Part shown: piece by piece, positions 1-9,751 of the stretch
How positions within the stretch are numbered: position 1 is the stretch's first letter
Layout: the number at the start of each line of letters is the position of its first letter
Made by a program: the position numbers and the translations under genes
NCBI RefSeq assembly: GCF_001548275.1
Contig: NZ_AP014945.1
Coordinates: 1 to 32,000, forward strand
Direction of reading: 5' to 3'
DNA from: Caldimicrobium thiodismutans
GTDB taxonomy: Bacteria > Desulfobacterota > Thermodesulfobacteria > Thermodesulfobacteriales > Thermodesulfobacteriaceae
Length of the DNA stretch: 32,000 nucleotides
Notes under the pieces: model-generated
Databases searched by the model: none
Told to the model about the DNA's origin: nothing
Seen by the model: only the letters and a program-made list of their open reading frames with translations

Positions 1-22
1 AAATTTTCTGTTTATTAAGTCT

Positions 23-52
23 TTGATTTTTTGGGGAAAACTTTTTATAAAA
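23..52 (+). promoter_or_regulatory. candidate sigma-70-type promoter upstream of dnaA
   Basis: TTGATT at 23-28, 18-nt spacer, TATAAA at 47-52, about 100 nt upstream of the dnaA ATG. Pattern match only. Confidence 0.3.
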
Positions 53-153
53 GTTAAATCTGGGTGTATCTTTACGACACTCACCATTTTATTTGCAAAT
101 TTAAACTTCCTAAGTTATTTTTGAAATATCCTTTCAGTGGGGGAGATTCCTTT

Positions 154-1524
154 ATGAAATCCTTAAAGAAAAAGGGGTGGAGTTATTTTAAAGAACGGCT
201 TAAAGAGGAGCTACCCCAAAGCATCTATAAAGTATGGTTCTCAGAGTTAAATGGTTTTATTAAAGATGCAAGCCTTTTCATTGAAGTTCCCAATGAATTT
301 GCTAAGTCCTGGCTTAAAGAGAACTACGAAGACCTTTTACAAAGATTAATAAAGGAAGCCAACCTTCAGGGATTTGAATTTGTAGTCACCGAAAAACCCA
401 AGGCAGAACAGATGGTTATTCCCTATAATCCTGTTGAGGTCATTGGTAGAAGGATATCCCCTCGTTATACCTTAGAGGATTTTGTGGTAGGTAGATGTAA
501 TGAACTTGCTTATAAAGTATGTTCCCAGTTAGTTGAGAATAAACCCAAGGGCTATTTTATTTACCTTTATGGCAATTATGGTCTTGGAAAAACCCATTTG
601 ACTCAGGCAGTGGGTAATGGGCTTCTTAAACAGGGTTTCAATAGGGTTCATTATTTTACTGCTCAAGATTTTTTGAGCTGTTTATTAAAATATCTCCGAG
701 CAGGACAAATTGAGGCCTTTAAAGAAAAGATAAGAGAAAGCTGTGATTTACTTTTACTGGATGGCATTCATTTTCTTTCGGGTAAGGAATATACTCAAAA
801 TGAACTTTCCTTTTTGTTAGATTATCTTTTAGATGAAAGAAAAACGGTTATTTTAACTTCTATTGGATCTCCACAGGAGTTGCGAGATATGGATAGTTCT
901 TTAAAATCCCGTCTTAATGCTGGTTTAATGATAAGGCTTAATCAACCAGATTTTGAGACCCGAAAAAAAATTATACGCTTTAAGGCCAGAAAAGAAGGTT
1001 ATAAGTTTCCTTCAGAGGTAGTTGATTATCTTGCCCGGAACCTGAGAGGCGATATCCGACAGATTGAAAGTGCAGTAATTGGGCTTATTGCCAGAGCAAG
1101 TTTTCTAAAGGAACAGGTTTGTCTTCAGCTGGCAAAGGAGTTATTAACTGAGATTTCTTCAGAAAGAGAAGGCTCTCAAGAGATGGATCTTATCATAGAG
1201 GGAGTAGTAAAATTTTATGGAATTACCAAGGAAGACCTCTTTTCCCCTTCCCGTAAAAAAAATCTAAGTCTTGCCAGGCAGACGGTTATCTATCTCCTCC
1301 GTCATCTGGCTAAAAAAAGTTTAAAAGATATTGCCCAAATGCTGAAAAAAGAGCATTCAACGGTGATTTATCACCTTAAAAGCATTGAGAAAAGACTAAA
1401 TCAAAATCAGGCCTTTAAACTGCAGTTACAGTTTTTGATTAAGGATCTTGCCCCTGAAATTGAGTTAGCACAAGCAGAATGCACAGAGGAAAATGAGTAT
1501 TTAGAGGCAGGCTTTGAAGCTTAG
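154..1524 (+). CDS. dnaA: chromosomal replication initiator protein DnaA
   Basis: AAA+ core with Walker A GNYGLGKTHL. C-terminal DnaA domain IV helix-turn-helix (LSLARQTVIYLL...EHSTVIYHLKSIEKR). Start moved from the track GTG at 64 to ATG 154, which follows GGGGGAG (139-145) at 8-nt spacing. Confidence 0.95.
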   Translation: MKSLKKKGWSYFKERLKEELPQSIYKVWFSELNGFIKDASLFIEVPNEFAKSWLKENYEDLLQRLIKEANLQGFEFVVTEKPKAEQMVIPYNPVEVIGRRISPRYTLEDFVVGRCNELAYKVCSQLVENKPKGYFIYLYGNYGLGKTHLTQAVGNGLLKQGFNRVHYFTAQDFLSCLLKYLRAGQIEAFKEKIRESCDLLLLDGIHFLSGKEYTQNELSFLLDYLLDERKTVILTSIGSPQELRDMDSSLKSRLNAGLMIRLNQPDFETRKKIIRFKARKEGYKFPSEVVDYLARNLRGDIRQIESAVIGLIARASFLKEQVCLQLAKELLTEISSEREGSQEMDLIIEGVVKFYGITKEDLFSPSRKKNLSLARQTVIYLLRHLAKKSLKDIAQMLKKEHSTVIYHLKSIEKRLNQNQAFKLQLQFLIKDLAPEIELAQAECTEENEYLEAGFEA

Positions 1525-2893
1525 AGAACCTGCTCTTAAAGCTCTAAAAGATTTATTTGGTGAAAGACTTCTTTTAGCTGAAGAAGATATTTTGCCTTAT
1601 GGGGCTGATGCCTCCTCTCTTTTTTTTAAACCAGAGGTAGTTGTATTTCCTGAGACCAAGGCAGAAGTTTCAGAGCTTCTCAGGCTTGCAGAAAGCTTTA
1701 ATTTTCCTGTTGTTGCCCGTGGTAGTGGGACATCAACTACAGGTAGTTCTCTACCTGTTGAGGGAGGTATGGTTGTCTCCTTTGCAAAGATGAATCGTAT
1801 CCTTGAGATTGTGCCAGAAGAGCGTTTAGCTCGGGTTGAACCAGGGGTTTTAAATGGTGATCTTAAAAATTATCTTAAAAAATTTGGCCTCTTTTATCCA
1901 CCGGATCCAGCAAGCTATGCCTTTTCAACAATCGGGGGTAATGTAGCAACAGGGGCAGGAGGTCCTCGGGGTTTAAAATATGGCACAACCAAGGACTATG
2001 TTCTTTCCTTAGAGGTAGCGCTTTCTGGTGGAAAACTTTTAAAAACTGGCCCTACAACTTTAAAAGGAGTTGTGCCTTATAACCTTACCCCTCTTTTTGT
2101 AGGATCTGAAGGCACCTTAGGCCTTATAGTGGAAATAGTCTTAAAACTTTTGCCCTTGCCTGAAAAGAGAAAACTTTACCTTGTTTTTTCCCCTGTTGAA
2201 TCCAAAACTCTGGAACTTATTACTGAAACCCTTTTAAAGGGTCTGACTCCAGCCTCAGCGGAATTTGTAGATAGGACAACCTTAAAGGTAATAAAAGAGA
2301 AAGTAGAGGAAAAAGTTAGAACTGACCAGATTTTGAAAACCACAGAAAGTCTGCTTTGGGTTGAATTTGATGGCCGAATAGAGGAGGTTAAAAGGGATTC
2401 AGGGGCCTTTGAAATTATTCTTGAACAAAAAGGTTTATCCTTTTTATCTGCAGATAAAGAGGAGGATATTGAAGCTTTATGGGAAATAAGAAGAGGCATT
2501 TCTCCCTCCCTTTTCAAACTTGGACCTAAAAAGATAGCAGATGATGTGGTTGTTCCCAGAAGGAAAATGGTTGAATTTTTAAGGTATTTACGAAAATTAG
2601 AGGAGGAATCAGGGATATCTATAGCCAGTTTTGGCCATGCTGGAGATGGTAATTTCCATGTGAATTTACTTTTCAAAGAAGGAGAAGAAGAAAGGGCTAA
2701 ATCTATTCGAGAAAACCTTCTAAAAAAGGTCCTTGAATTTTTTGGGAGTATATCAGGTGAACACGGAATTGGTTTTTCAAAAAGACCTTATGTTGTCTGG
2801 GAACTTGATCCCTTACAAATTGAATTAATGAAAAAACTTAAGGCTCTCTTTGATCCTAAGGGACTCCTTAATCCCCATGTAAAGCTTCCATGA
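1514..2893 (+). CDS. FAD-binding oxidoreductase, GlcD / D-lactate dehydrogenase family
   Basis: 459 aa. N-terminal FAD-binding PCMH-type domain (VVARGSGTSTTGSS, GGNVATGAGG) and C-terminal FAD-linked oxidase domain (GEHGIG, DPKGLLNP). TTG start overlaps the dnaA stop by 11 nt. No glcE or glcF partner nearby, so substrate is unassigned. Confidence 0.85.
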   Translation: MKLREPALKALKDLFGERLLLAEEDILPYGADASSLFFKPEVVVFPETKAEVSELLRLAESFNFPVVARGSGTSTTGSSLPVEGGMVVSFAKMNRILEIVPEERLARVEPGVLNGDLKNYLKKFGLFYPPDPASYAFSTIGGNVATGAGGPRGLKYGTTKDYVLSLEVALSGGKLLKTGPTTLKGVVPYNLTPLFVGSEGTLGLIVEIVLKLLPLPEKRKLYLVFSPVESKTLELITETLLKGLTPASAEFVDRTTLKVIKEKVEEKVRTDQILKTTESLLWVEFDGRIEEVKRDSGAFEIILEQKGLSFLSADKEEDIEALWEIRRGISPSLFKLGPKKIADDVVVPRRKMVEFLRYLRKLEEESGISIASFGHAGDGNFHVNLLFKEGEEERAKSIRENLLKKVLEFFGSISGEHGIGFSKRPYVVWELDPLQIELMKKLKALFDPKGLLNPHVKLP

Positions 2894-2902
2894 GATTGCC
2901 AA

Positions 2903-3454
2903 TTATTCAGTTGCAGGAAGTCTGCGTTTGGAGGTAGGGAATTCAAGGATTTCTAAGACGGCCTTATAAGTTTCCTCTGAGACCTTGACTTCTTTAAAAA
3001 CTCTTAGACCAGCCTCATTTATGGCTTCACGCCAAAAATTATCCCGTTCAAAGTCTCTACTTTCATAATCATATTCATAATAGACCTCTTTTATGCCGGC
3101 AGAAGCAATAAGTTTCAGACATACATAGCAGGGGGCTAAAGTGCAGTAAAGACTTGCTCCTTCAAGGGAGATGCCAAATCTTGCAGCTTGGGCAATAGCA
3201 TTAGCCTCTGCATGACTTGCCCTGCAATAGTTATATTTATCTATATCAGGAACCCCTTTTTCTCTTCTGAAACAATAATTTGGGCCTCTATCTGTGCAAT
3301 GCCAGGCTCCTGGCATTGGACCATTGTAACCTGTAGCAAGAATTCTTTTGTCTTTCACTACAACTGCCCCTGTTGGTCTGGAATTACAACCAGAACGAAC
3401 TGCAACAAGTTTGGCAATGACCATGAAGTATTCATCCCAGCTCGGTCTACCCAT
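2903..3454 (-). CDS. deoxycytidylate (dCMP) deaminase, ComEB/CDA family
   Basis: Zinc-binding cytidine/deoxycytidylate deaminase motifs HAEANAI and PCYVCLK. 183 aa. Confidence 0.85.
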   Translation of the reverse strand: MGRPSWDEYFMVIAKLVAVRSGCNSRPTGAVVVKDKRILATGYNGPMPGAWHCTDRGPNYCFRREKGVPDIDKYNYCRASHAEANAIAQAARFGISLEGASLYCTLAPCYVCLKLIASAGIKEVYYEYDYESRDFERDNFWREAINEAGLRVFKEVKVSEETYKAVLEILEFPTSKRRLPATE

Positions 3455-3460
3455 TTCTTT

Positions 3461-4699
3461 TTATCTCCGATAAAAGGGAAATCTAATACAGAGGTCTTTA
3501 ATTTTAGACCGGATTTCCCTTCTAAGGGTCTCCTTTTCTGGATTTTTTAAGATTTCGCACATCCACTCTGCAACTTCCTCAACCTCCTTTTCTTTTAATC
3601 CTCTTGTAGTTATGGCGGGAGTCCCAATTCTAATACCACTTGTTATCTTGGGAGGTAAGGGATCAAAGGGTATAGCGTTTTTATTAACTGTGATGCCTGC
3701 CTCTTCTAAAAGTTTTTCTGCTTCAGCCCCGGTAAGACCTTTACTTGAGACATCAACAAGCACTAAATGGTTGTCTGTTCCTCCTGAAACCACTCTAAAG
3801 CCTCTTTGCTGAAAGACCCGCGCTAAGGTCTGGGCATTTTTTACTACCTGTTGTTGATAGCTTTTAAACTCATCTTCAAGGGCCTCTTTGAAACAGACTG
3901 CTTTAGCAGCTATGATGTTCATATGAGGTCCTCCCTGAATGCCAGGGAAAACTATTTTATCAATTAATTTCCCATATCTTTCTTTACAGAGAATAAAACC
4001 ACCTCTTGGGCCTCTCAGGGTCTTATGCGTAGTTGAAGTTACAAAGTCTGCAAAGGGAACTGGAGAGGGGTGAATACCAGCTGCTACTAAACCTGCTATG
4101 TGAGCCATATCTACCATGAGATAGGCCCGCACAGCTTGAGCAATATGATAAAAGGCCTCAAAATCTATAGTTCTCGGATAGGCACTGGCCCCAGCTATAA
4201 TCAGCTTAGGTTTTTCAATTAAGGCGATTTTAAGGATCTCATCATAATCAAGGGTCTCTGTCTCTTTTGAGACCCCATAATGGACAATTTTATAAAGTTT
4301 GCCTGAAAAATTGATTGGAGCTCCGTGGGAAAGGTGTCCACCATGGGAAAGATTCATTGAAAGGATTGTATCTCCCGGGTTAAGAATTGCAAAGAAGACC
4401 GCCATATTAGCCTGAGTTCCAGAATGGGGTTGCACATTGGCATAATCTGCTCCAAAGAGGAGTTTTAGCCGTTCTATAGCAAGACCTTCCACATTATCAA
4501 CGAATTCACACCCACCATAATATCTGGCTGCGGGATAACCTTCTGCATATTTGTTCATAAGGGGAGAGCCCTCTGCCTCCATTACCGCTGGGGAAGCCAA
4601 GTTTTCAGAGGCAATCATCTCAAGTTGATACTCCTGACGGTCTGTCTCCCTCTGAATTAACTCAAAGATTTCAGGATCAACTTTTTGTAAAAGGCCCAT
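3461..4699 (-). CDS. glyA: serine hydroxymethyltransferase
   Basis: Full-length SHMT similarity ([26 protein letters not shown] with the PLP lysine). Start set to ATG 4699 ([12 protein letters not shown]), preceded by GGGAGGATAA. The track start at 4759 would overlap the upstream regulator gene. Confidence 0.95.
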   Translation of the reverse strand: MGLLQKVDPEIFELIQRETDRQEYQLEMIASENLASPAVMEAEGSPLMNKYAEGYPAARYYGGCEFVDNVEGLAIERLKLLFGADYANVQPHSGTQANMAVFFAILNPGDTILSMNLSHGGHLSHGAPINFSGKLYKIVHYGVSKETETLDYDEILKIALIEKPKLIIAGASAYPRTIDFEAFYHIAQAVRAYLMVDMAHIAGLVAAGIHPSPVPFADFVTSTTHKTLRGPRGGFILCKERYGKLIDKIVFPGIQGGPHMNIIAAKAVCFKEALEDEFKSYQQQVVKNAQTLARVFQQRGFRVVSGGTDNHLVLVDVSSKGLTGAEAEKLLEEAGITVNKNAIPFDPLPPKITSGIRIGTPAITTRGLKEKEVEEVAEWMCEILKNPEKETLRREIRSKIKDLCIRFPFYRR

Positions 4700-4700
4700 C

Positions 4701-6080
4701 TTATCCTCCCAGACCATATTTCTCAAGTTTGTAACGAAGCATCCTTTCTGTAATTCCAAGGATTTCCGCTGCTCTTACTTTTACCCCTTTAGCTTTTTCC
4801 ATAGCCTCTTTGATTCTACTTTTCTCAAGCCTTTCAACCGCTTCTTCTAAAGGAAGATTCCAGAGGTCTTCACCCACCCATCCCTTTTTAGAAGTTTCTT
4901 CACCCAGACCCAGATCTTCGCGGGTAAGAACCGCTCCCTCAGCTAAGATTATACCTCTTTCTATGCGGTTTTCCAGTTCTCTCACATTTCCGGGAAAGGA
5001 ATGCTGAAAGAGGGCTGAAAGGGCCTCCTTAGAGAGTTCCTTAACCTCCTTTCCATACTTTTTATTAAACTTTTCTATAAAAAATTTTGCTAACGGCAAA
5101 ATATCCTCTTTTCTTTCTCTTAAGGGAGGTATATGGATATTAATCACATTCAATCTCCAGTAAAGATCCTCCCTAAAAAGTGCATCCTTAATCATTTTTT
5201 GAAGATCACGGTTAGTTGCAGTAACCAAGCGTAAATTAACAGTTAATTCCCGCAAGCTACCAAGTCTGCGAAAGGTATTATCCTGCAAGACCCTTAGAAG
5301 TTTAGCCTGTAGAGAAAGGGGCATCTCACCAATCTCATCCAGGAAAAGAGTTCCCCCCTCTGCTAATTCAAAAAGTCCAGGTTTAGACTGAATTGCACCT
5401 GTAAAGGCACCTTTTTCATAACCAAAAAGCTCTGCCTCAAGAAGGGTCTCAGGAATGGCTGCACAATTAATTTTTATAAAAGGGCCTTCATGTCTTGGGC
5501 TTAATTGATGAAGAAGCTTGGCAATGACTTCTTTGCCTGTCCCAGATTCTCCTGTAATGAGGACAGGGGCTTGAGTTTCTGCTACCTTGTTAACTAAGGT
5601 CAAAACCTTTTGCATAGCTGGACTTTCAGCAATAATTCCTTCTACTTTTTGGAACTCTTCACGAGAAAGATATTTCAATCTCTCCTTTAATAGATAAACC
5701 TCCTTAGTAAGCTTAGATTCATTCAATGCCCTTTCAACCAATAAAAGAAGTTCTTCAAGGTTAACTGGTTTGGCTAAATAATGATAGGCCCCCTTTTTCA
5801 TAGCTGTTACCGCATGTTCAATGCTGGCAAAGGCTGTAATCATAATGACAGGAATCAATGGATATTCGCTTTTCAAGGTCTCAAGAAAACTTAAACCGTC
5901 TCCATCTGGAAGTCTCCAATCAAGGAGGATAAGATTAATTTCCCTTCCCTGTAAAATCTTTTCAGCCTCTTTTAGATTTTCTACTGCAAGGACATGATAG
6001 CCCTTTTTTTTGAGAAAATCTTCTAAGATCTCTCTCTGTAATTTTTCATCTTCTATAATTAATAAATTTTCTTTTTTCAT
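4701..6080 (-). CDS. sigma-54-dependent response regulator (NtrC/AtoC family enhancer-binding protein)
   Basis: Receiver domain ([11 protein letters not shown]). AAA+ sigma-54 interaction domain with Walker A GESGTGKE and an intact GAFTGA loop. C-terminal Fis-type HTH ([20 protein letters not shown]). ATG 6080 forms an ATGA overlap with the kinase stop. Confidence 0.9.
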   Translation of the reverse strand: MKKENLLIIEDEKLQREILEDFLKKKGYHVLAVENLKEAEKILQGREINLILLDWRLPDGDGLSFLETLKSEYPLIPVIMITAFASIEHAVTAMKKGAYHYLAKPVNLEELLLLVERALNESKLTKEVYLLKERLKYLSREEFQKVEGIIAESPAMQKVLTLVNKVAETQAPVLITGESGTGKEVIAKLLHQLSPRHEGPFIKINCAAIPETLLEAELFGYEKGAFTGAIQSKPGLFELAEGGTLFLDEIGEMPLSLQAKLLRVLQDNTFRRLGSLRELTVNLRLVTATNRDLQKMIKDALFREDLYWRLNVINIHIPPLRERKEDILPLAKFFIEKFNKKYGKEVKELSKEALSALFQHSFPGNVRELENRIERGIILAEGAVLTREDLGLGEETSKKGWVGEDLWNLPLEEAVERLEKSRIKEAMEKAKGVKVRAAEILGITERMLRYKLEKYGLGG

Positions 6081-7351
6081 GCTGAAGCCTTCCACTTAAG
6101 GTGAAAAATTTTACCACCTTCTTTAAGATTTTCTATCTCAACAACTCCCTGATGAGCCTCAATGATTTTTTTTATCAGATATAATCCTAATCCAAAACCC
6201 TCTTTTTTAGTGCTGAAAAAGGGTTCAAAAATTTTATCCTTAATTTCCAAGGGGATAGGTTTGCCACTATCATAAAGTTCAGCTATATAAAAATCGCCTC
6301 TTTTGGCAAGGGTTAATTTTATATGTCCACCTTCTGTTAGGGCCTCACAGGCATTTTTAATTAGATTTTCAAAGGACTTTTTAAGCCAGAAGGGATCTCC
6401 CCAAAGTTCATTGACTCTGTTTTCAATCTCAAAGGTTATTTTTCCGGAAGAAAGATTGGCAACCATTAATTTTAATTCCAGAAGAAGGCTTTCAGGGTCA
6501 AAAAATTGTGGTTGTAATTGAATATCTTTGTGGAATAAGAGGATTTCCTGTGTCCAATTCAGGAGCCCTTTGAGTTCTTCTAAAATCCTTTTCTGGCTAA
6601 GTCCTTCCGCTGATTCTTGCATAGAAGAGGTTTGTATAAGCAAAAAAAGATTGTTTAGATTATTTCTTAATTCATGTGCAAGGGTTGCAGCCATTCTTCC
6701 CAATAGGGCAAGCTCTTTTTCAGCCTGAAGTCTTTTTTCAGCCTCCTTTTTTTTCTCTTCAGCCCTGTGAAAACGATAAAGCAAATACATCACCATAACC
6801 AGAGTTACACAATAAAAAAAGATAGTAAGAAAGGCATATTTTAAAAAGGCCCTTTGATAATAGGACACATCTAAGGTCATGAAAATACAATATTCTTTGT
6901 TTTCAATCTTAGTTTGATGTATGGCCTTTATAAGATTTCCCTCTTGGTAAAGGGCGTTTTTGCACTCCCTGAAGGGGAAAGCCTTTTCTTTAAAATTCCA
7001 GGACAGAAAAGGATCTTTTTGATAAAAAATAGCAAGATTAAGAAATTTTTCCCTTTTAAAAAGCTCTTCCAAAAAATCCACTAAATCAAGAAGCCATCCT
7101 TTACTCTCGGGTAATTCAGAAAATTCTGGAATAAAGGGAATTTTATAAAAATTTTCCAAAAATCTTACATAATCTGAGAGCTTTCCTTCAACCTGACTAA
7201 GAGTATTTTCTACTTTGGTTTTTATGCTTTGCTGTAGATAATGTTTAAAATAGATAAGTTGAAAAAAGGTAAAGACTGAAAAAAGAAGGATAAAAATGAA
7301 GGTTAATATACTTAAAGGGGATTTAAGAAAGGAGAGTCTATTTTTAAACAT
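6077..7351 (-). CDS. sensor histidine kinase
   Basis: Two hydrophobic segments flank an about 150-aa N-terminal region. H-box LAHELRNNLNNL. HATPase_c boxes (NLIKNACEA, DSGKPIP, GFGLGLY). Overlaps the rarA stop by 8 nt. Confidence 0.85.
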   Translation of the reverse strand: MFKNRLSFLKSPLSILTFIFILLFSVFTFFQLIYFKHYLQQSIKTKVENTLSQVEGKLSDYVRFLENFYKIPFIPEFSELPESKGWLLDLVDFLEELFKREKFLNLAIFYQKDPFLSWNFKEKAFPFRECKNALYQEGNLIKAIHQTKIENKEYCIFMTLDVSYYQRAFLKYAFLTIFFYCVTLVMVMYLLYRFHRAEEKKKEAEKRLQAEKELALLGRMAATLAHELRNNLNNLFLLIQTSSMQESAEGLSQKRILEELKGLLNWTQEILLFHKDIQLQPQFFDPESLLLELKLMVANLSSGKITFEIENRVNELWGDPFWLKKSFENLIKNACEALTEGGHIKLTLAKRGDFYIAELYDSGKPIPLEIKDKIFEPFFSTKKEGFGLGLYLIKKIIEAHQGVVEIENLKEGGKIFHLKWKASA

Positions 7352-8627
7352 AGCCTTTGTATTTGCCCCAGAGTTTCTTTAATCTTTCCTTAAAAGTAGA
7401 TTCTACACCGATCTCCTTAGGTTGATAGAATATGATCTTTTTAAGGGCTTCAGGCAGGTATTCTTGCAATACAAAGGCATGCTCAAAATCATGGGGGTAT
7501 TGGTAATCCTTTCCATAACCCATTTTTTCCATTAGGGCTGTGACGGGGTTTCTGAGATGAAGAGGAACAGGCTGGGCTCCTGTTTTTTTAATCAAATCCT
7601 TAGCTTTTTTTAAAGCCAGATAAGAGGAATTACTTTTTGGAGCCAAAGCCACATATAGAGCTGCTTCAGCTAAGGCAATCTCACCTTCTGGAGATCCAAG
7701 TATCTCATAGGCCTTAAAGGCAGAAAGGGCTACTACTAAGGCTAAAGGATCCGCTAAACCCACATCTTCTGCTGCACAAATTAATATTCTCCTTGCGATA
7801 TAAAGGGGATCTTCTCCTGCCTCAAGCATCCTAACCATCCAATAGATGGTTGCATCAGGGTCACTTCCCCGCATGCTTTTGTGAAAGGCTGATATAAGAT
7901 TATAGTGCTCCTCTCCACTCTTATCATAGAGGAGCGGCTTAGTTAAGAGGTTTTGTGTCAAAGCTTCAAGGGTGATTTCTTTTAGACCCTCCTGTATGGC
8001 TCCTTCAACGAGTATTTCAAGGGTATTCAAGGCAAAGCGACCATCCCCTTGAGAGGCCTGAGCTATGGTTTTTAAAACCTCATCTTTAACAATATAATTA
8101 TAAGTTCCGTATCCATTTGTTTCGTCAATTAATGCCCTCTTGAGGAGTTGTAAAATTTCATCCTCTTCAAGAGGATATAATTGTAAAACTCGCACTCTGG
8201 AAAGGAGGGGAGCTATTATTTCAAAGGAGGGATTTTCTGTAGTTGCTCCGAAGAGAAAGATTAGCTCCTTTTCCACATAGGGAAGTAAAAAAGCCTGTTG
8301 GGCCTTGTTAAACCTATGGATTTCATCAATAAAAAGGATAGTGTTTTTACCAAGTTTTTTTAAGTTTTCTGCCTGTTTAATAAGATCTTTTAAATCTTTA
8401 AGGGTAGTATCTACAGCACTTACTGCCACAAAGTGGGCTTGAAAGTATTTCCCTAATAGATAGCTAAGGGTAGTTTTGCCAGTCCCCGGTGGTCCCCAGA
8501 AGATTAAAGAAAAGGGCTTTTCCCTTTTAAGAAGATAGTATAGAGTTCCTCCTTTTTCAAAAAGATGTCTCTGCCCAACGAACTCTTTAAGACTCCTGGG
8601 CCTTAATCTCTCAGATAAACTTGCCAT
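7344..8627 (-). CDS. rarA: replication-associated recombination protein A (MgsA/RarA AAA+ ATPase)
   Basis: Walker A GPPGTGKTT, Walker B FIDEIHRFNK, and the conserved MgsA C-terminal domain (HYNLISAFHKSMRGSDPDA, YQYPHD). Confidence 0.9.
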   Translation of the reverse strand: MASLSERLRPRSLKEFVGQRHLFEKGGTLYYLLKREKPFSLIFWGPPGTGKTTLSYLLGKYFQAHFVAVSAVDTTLKDLKDLIKQAENLKKLGKNTILFIDEIHRFNKAQQAFLLPYVEKELIFLFGATTENPSFEIIAPLLSRVRVLQLYPLEEDEILQLLKRALIDETNGYGTYNYIVKDEVLKTIAQASQGDGRFALNTLEILVEGAIQEGLKEITLEALTQNLLTKPLLYDKSGEEHYNLISAFHKSMRGSDPDATIYWMVRMLEAGEDPLYIARRILICAAEDVGLADPLALVVALSAFKAYEILGSPEGEIALAEAALYVALAPKSNSSYLALKKAKDLIKKTGAQPVPLHLRNPVTALMEKMGYGKDYQYPHDFEHAFVLQEYLPEALKKIIFYQPKEIGVESTFKERLKKLWGKYKGYV

Positions 8628-8834
8628 AAATTAAATATAAATAAAATTTTTGAAAATAAAATCCATATTCTTTAACACCTAAATCTGCCTCTTTTTTATA
8701 GAGAAAATTGCTTTTTTCTGGCAGATAGAGAGGATTATTTTATTATCCTAAATTTTAAAGCCCTCCCAGAATGTAAACTTATGCGATTTTATAAGATGGA
8801 TAGGTTACTATTAAGGAAAAAAATCACAAAAGGA

Positions 8835-8865
8835 TTGACAATTTAAATTTTCATGTTTTTATATC
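8835..8865 (+). promoter_or_regulatory. candidate sigma-70-type promoter of the oxidoreductase operon
   Basis: TTGACA at 8835-8840, then TTATAT/TATATC at 8859-8865 (18-19 nt spacing), about 30 nt upstream of ATG 8894. GGGGTG RBS lies just before the start. Confidence 0.4.
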
Positions 8866-8893
8866 CTTTAAAATTTCTCAAAAGGGGTGCTCT

Positions 8894-9445
8894 ATGATAG
8901 AGATAAGGCTTCATGGAAGAGGAGGTCAAGGAGGAGTTACCTCAGCAGAGCTAATTGCCATAGCTGCTATTAATCAAGGGAAATATGCGCAGGCCTTTCC
9001 AAGCTTTGGACCTGAAAGAAGAGGAGCTCCAGTGCAAGCCTTTGCGAGAATCAGTGACTCCAGAATTAGAACCCGGGAAAAGATTTATCATCCTGATGTA
9101 GTTCTTGTTCTTGATGCAAGCCTACCCAAGATAGTTAATGTTACTGCAGGACTTAAGGATGGTGGGATTGCCATCCTCAATAGCTCCCATTCTGAAGGGG
9201 AAGTCAGAAAAATGCTTGGAGGTTATAAAGGAAGGCTGGCAATTGTTGATGCTAATAAGATTGCTCTTGAAGAAATTGGAGTTCCTATCACCAATACCAC
9301 TATGCTTGGTGCCTTTATTGCTGCAACAGGTCTGGTTGATCCAGCTTATATGGAAGCAGCTTTAAAGGAAAGATTTGGGAAATTAGCGGAAAAGAATATA
9401 AAGGCCTTTCAAAGGGCAATAAAAGAAACTAAAATTTACGGGTAA
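8894..9445 (+). CDS. porG: 2-oxoacid (pyruvate/2-ketoisovalerate):ferredoxin oxidoreductase, gamma subunit
   Basis: POR/VOR gamma family N-terminus (IRLHGRGGQGGVTSAELIA). First gene of a gamma-delta-alpha-beta cluster. Pyruvate versus other 2-oxoacid specificity cannot be read from sequence alone. Confidence 0.85.
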   Translation: MIEIRLHGRGGQGGVTSAELIAIAAINQGKYAQAFPSFGPERRGAPVQAFARISDSRIRTREKIYHPDVVLVLDASLPKIVNVTAGLKDGGIAILNSSHSEGEVRKMLGGYKGRLAIVDANKIALEEIGVPITNTTMLGAFIAATGLVDPAYMEAALKERFGKLAEKNIKAFQRAIKETKIYG

Positions 9446-9456
9446 GGAGTTTAGCC

Positions 9457-9750
9457 ATGCTAAAAGATCAAGGACTGATGAGTTGGAAAGAGCTTGCACC
9501 AGGCATGTATATTTTGGAGCCTGGGAACTCGGTCAAATTCAAAACAGGTGATTGGAAGTCCCATAAGCCTGTGCTTGACAAAGAAAAGTGTATTAAGTGT
9601 GGTCAGTGTTATCTTATGTGTCCTGAGCCTGCCTATGAAGAGAATGAAGAAGGATATTTTATTTGTAATTTAAATTATTGTAAAGGCTGTGGAATCTGTG
9701 CAGCTATTTGCCCCAAAGGGGCTATTACTATGGTTTTAGAGGAGGCCTAA
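9457..9750 (+). CDS. porD: 2-oxoacid:ferredoxin oxidoreductase, delta (2x[4Fe-4S] ferredoxin) subunit
   Basis: Two CxxCxxCxxxCP motifs (CIKCGQCYLMCP, CKGCGICAAICP). 97 aa. Position matches the delta subunit in the operon. Confidence 0.85.
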   Translation: MLKDQGLMSWKELAPGMYILEPGNSVKFKTGDWKSHKPVLDKEKCIKCGQCYLMCPEPAYEENEEGYFICNLNYCKGCGICAAICPKGAITMVLEEA

Positions 9751-9751
9751 G

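Noticed and set aside
64-153. N-terminal extensions of track ORFs: dnaA 64-153, glyA 4700-4759, regulator 6081-6095, porB 10890-10925, hydrolase 12270-12281, htpX 15154-15174, aconitase 19161-19187 and Rho_N gene 28390-28497
   Set aside because: In each case an internal ATG has a well-spaced GGAGG-like RBS. That ATG also matches the conserved family N-terminus or removes an implausible overlap with the upstream gene.
1-153. oriC immediately upstream of dnaA
   Set aside because: Only 153 nt are available. I could not find DnaA-box-like 9-mers within two mismatches of TTATCCACA, and no clear repeated AT-rich 13-mers. This cannot be called from the window.
2176-2676. Antisense or alternate-frame ORFs inside well-supported genes. 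Examples are 2176-2676, 3188-3550, 3612-3812, 4810-5007, 6303-6728, 9138-9365, 9832-10131, 10769-10978 and 11150-11338. Further examples are 12462-12692, 15214-15660, 16751-16933, 17405-17716, 19284-19533, 21648-21965 and 22313-23096. The rest are 23287-24081, 26320-26511, 29111-29738, 30653-30865 and 31248-31490.
   Set aside because: Each is fully embedded in a gene with strong family-level similarity. Their translations are low-complexity (S/L/K/F-rich) with no motifs. They are typical shadow ORFs of an AT-rich genome.
8628-8893. The rarA/por divergent spacer considered as a degenerate fourth repeat copy or a riboswitch/sRNA
   Set aside because: Only short similarities to the repeat's right arm exist (AAGATGGATAGG and TTGACAAT), at different spacing, and there is no left arm. 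The inverted repeat ATCTGCC...GGCAGAT has a 30-nt loop and no other support. No riboswitch core motif was recognised.
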